This document shows, piece by piece, positions 15,664 through 15,788 of a stretch of 15,788 nt of DNA. The stretch comes from Tolypothrix carrinoi HA7290-LM1 (GTDB lineage: Bacteria; Cyanobacteriota; Cyanobacteriia; Cyanobacteriales; Nostocaceae). Location: NCBI GenBank assembly GCA_019358935.1, contig JAHHIK010000152.1, positions 1 to 15,788 on the forward strand, written 5' to 3'. The translations under genes and the position numbers were made by a program. The notes beneath the pieces are model-generated. The model was not told where the DNA came from, ran no database searches, and saw nothing but the letters and a program-made list of their open reading frames with translations. The number at the start of each line of letters is the position of its first letter. Within the stretch, counting starts at the first letter, position 1.

Positions 15664-15788
15664 TTGACATCCTCCCCGGTCTGAAGACACGGGGATTCCA
15701 AGAATCACTTCTTGGGTTTCCTCTTTCCGCGACTCGGCTTATTTAAAGGAGTTTCCCCACCCAAACAGAGGTCGATGTCTCCAGAGGC
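15664..15788 (-). mobile_element. Right end of an IS200/IS605-family (tnpB-encoding or tnpB-derived) element including the omegaRNA scaffold 3' part; truncated by the window
   Basis: Minus strand ends GAATCCCCGTGTCTTCAGACCGGGGAGGATGTCAA: a subterminal bulged hairpin and terminal TCAA. A second hairpin CCAAGAA-GTGA-TTCTTGG lies just upstream. Confidence 0.85.
15705..15788 (-). CDS. tnpB: C-terminal tail of RNA-guided endonuclease TnpB (partial)
   Basis: Minus frame reads ASGDIDLCLGGETPLNKPSRGKRKPKK-stop, resembling cyanobacterial TnpB tails that overlap the omegaRNA. Not in the ORF track; catalytic domains lie outside the window. Confidence 0.7.
   Translation of the reverse strand, partial: ASGDIDLCLGGETPLNKPSRGKRKPKK

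Noticed and set aside
15484..15708. ORFs 15484-15684(+) and 15505-15708(-)
   Set aside because: Both cross the IS right-end boundary and a HIP1-rich spacer, with no recognisable protein features.

Overview
Core-chromosome window from a filamentous cyanobacterium, most likely a heterocyst-forming Nostocales strain (at least 20 HIP1 GCGATCGC octamers by manual count, heptamer STRR arrays, Anabaena-type ntcA promoter). Gene order: small ORF(-), DUF3146-like(+), YqgF-like(-), DUF3084-like(-), ntcA(-), fabI, hisB, ABC ATPase, Wza/SLBB polysaccharide exporter, an interrupted PIN/VapC pseudogene, GT2 glycosyltransferase(-), rplS, tRNA-Trp, secE, nusG, rplK, rplA, rplJ, rplL, and finally the right end of an IS200/IS605-family tnpB element(-) cut by the window edge. 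The proteins are mostly housekeeping. The notable biology is non-coding: a set of very small hairpin insertions whose removal restores the target exactly. These are a 24-nt in-frame insert splitting a HIP1 site inside hisB, a 46-nt element nested in a sibling element between rplK and rplA, and a 291-nt heptamer-armed cassette inside vapC. Also present are GTAG-type REP-like hairpins, a recurring G-rich-then-C-rich heptamer arm layout in intergenic spacers, L1 and L10 leader RNAs, two NtcA boxes, a DIF1-like motif upstream of the exporter, and a TnpB omegaRNA end with a readable guide. No CRISPR array was seen. All family assignments are by eye from motifs; no database search was run.
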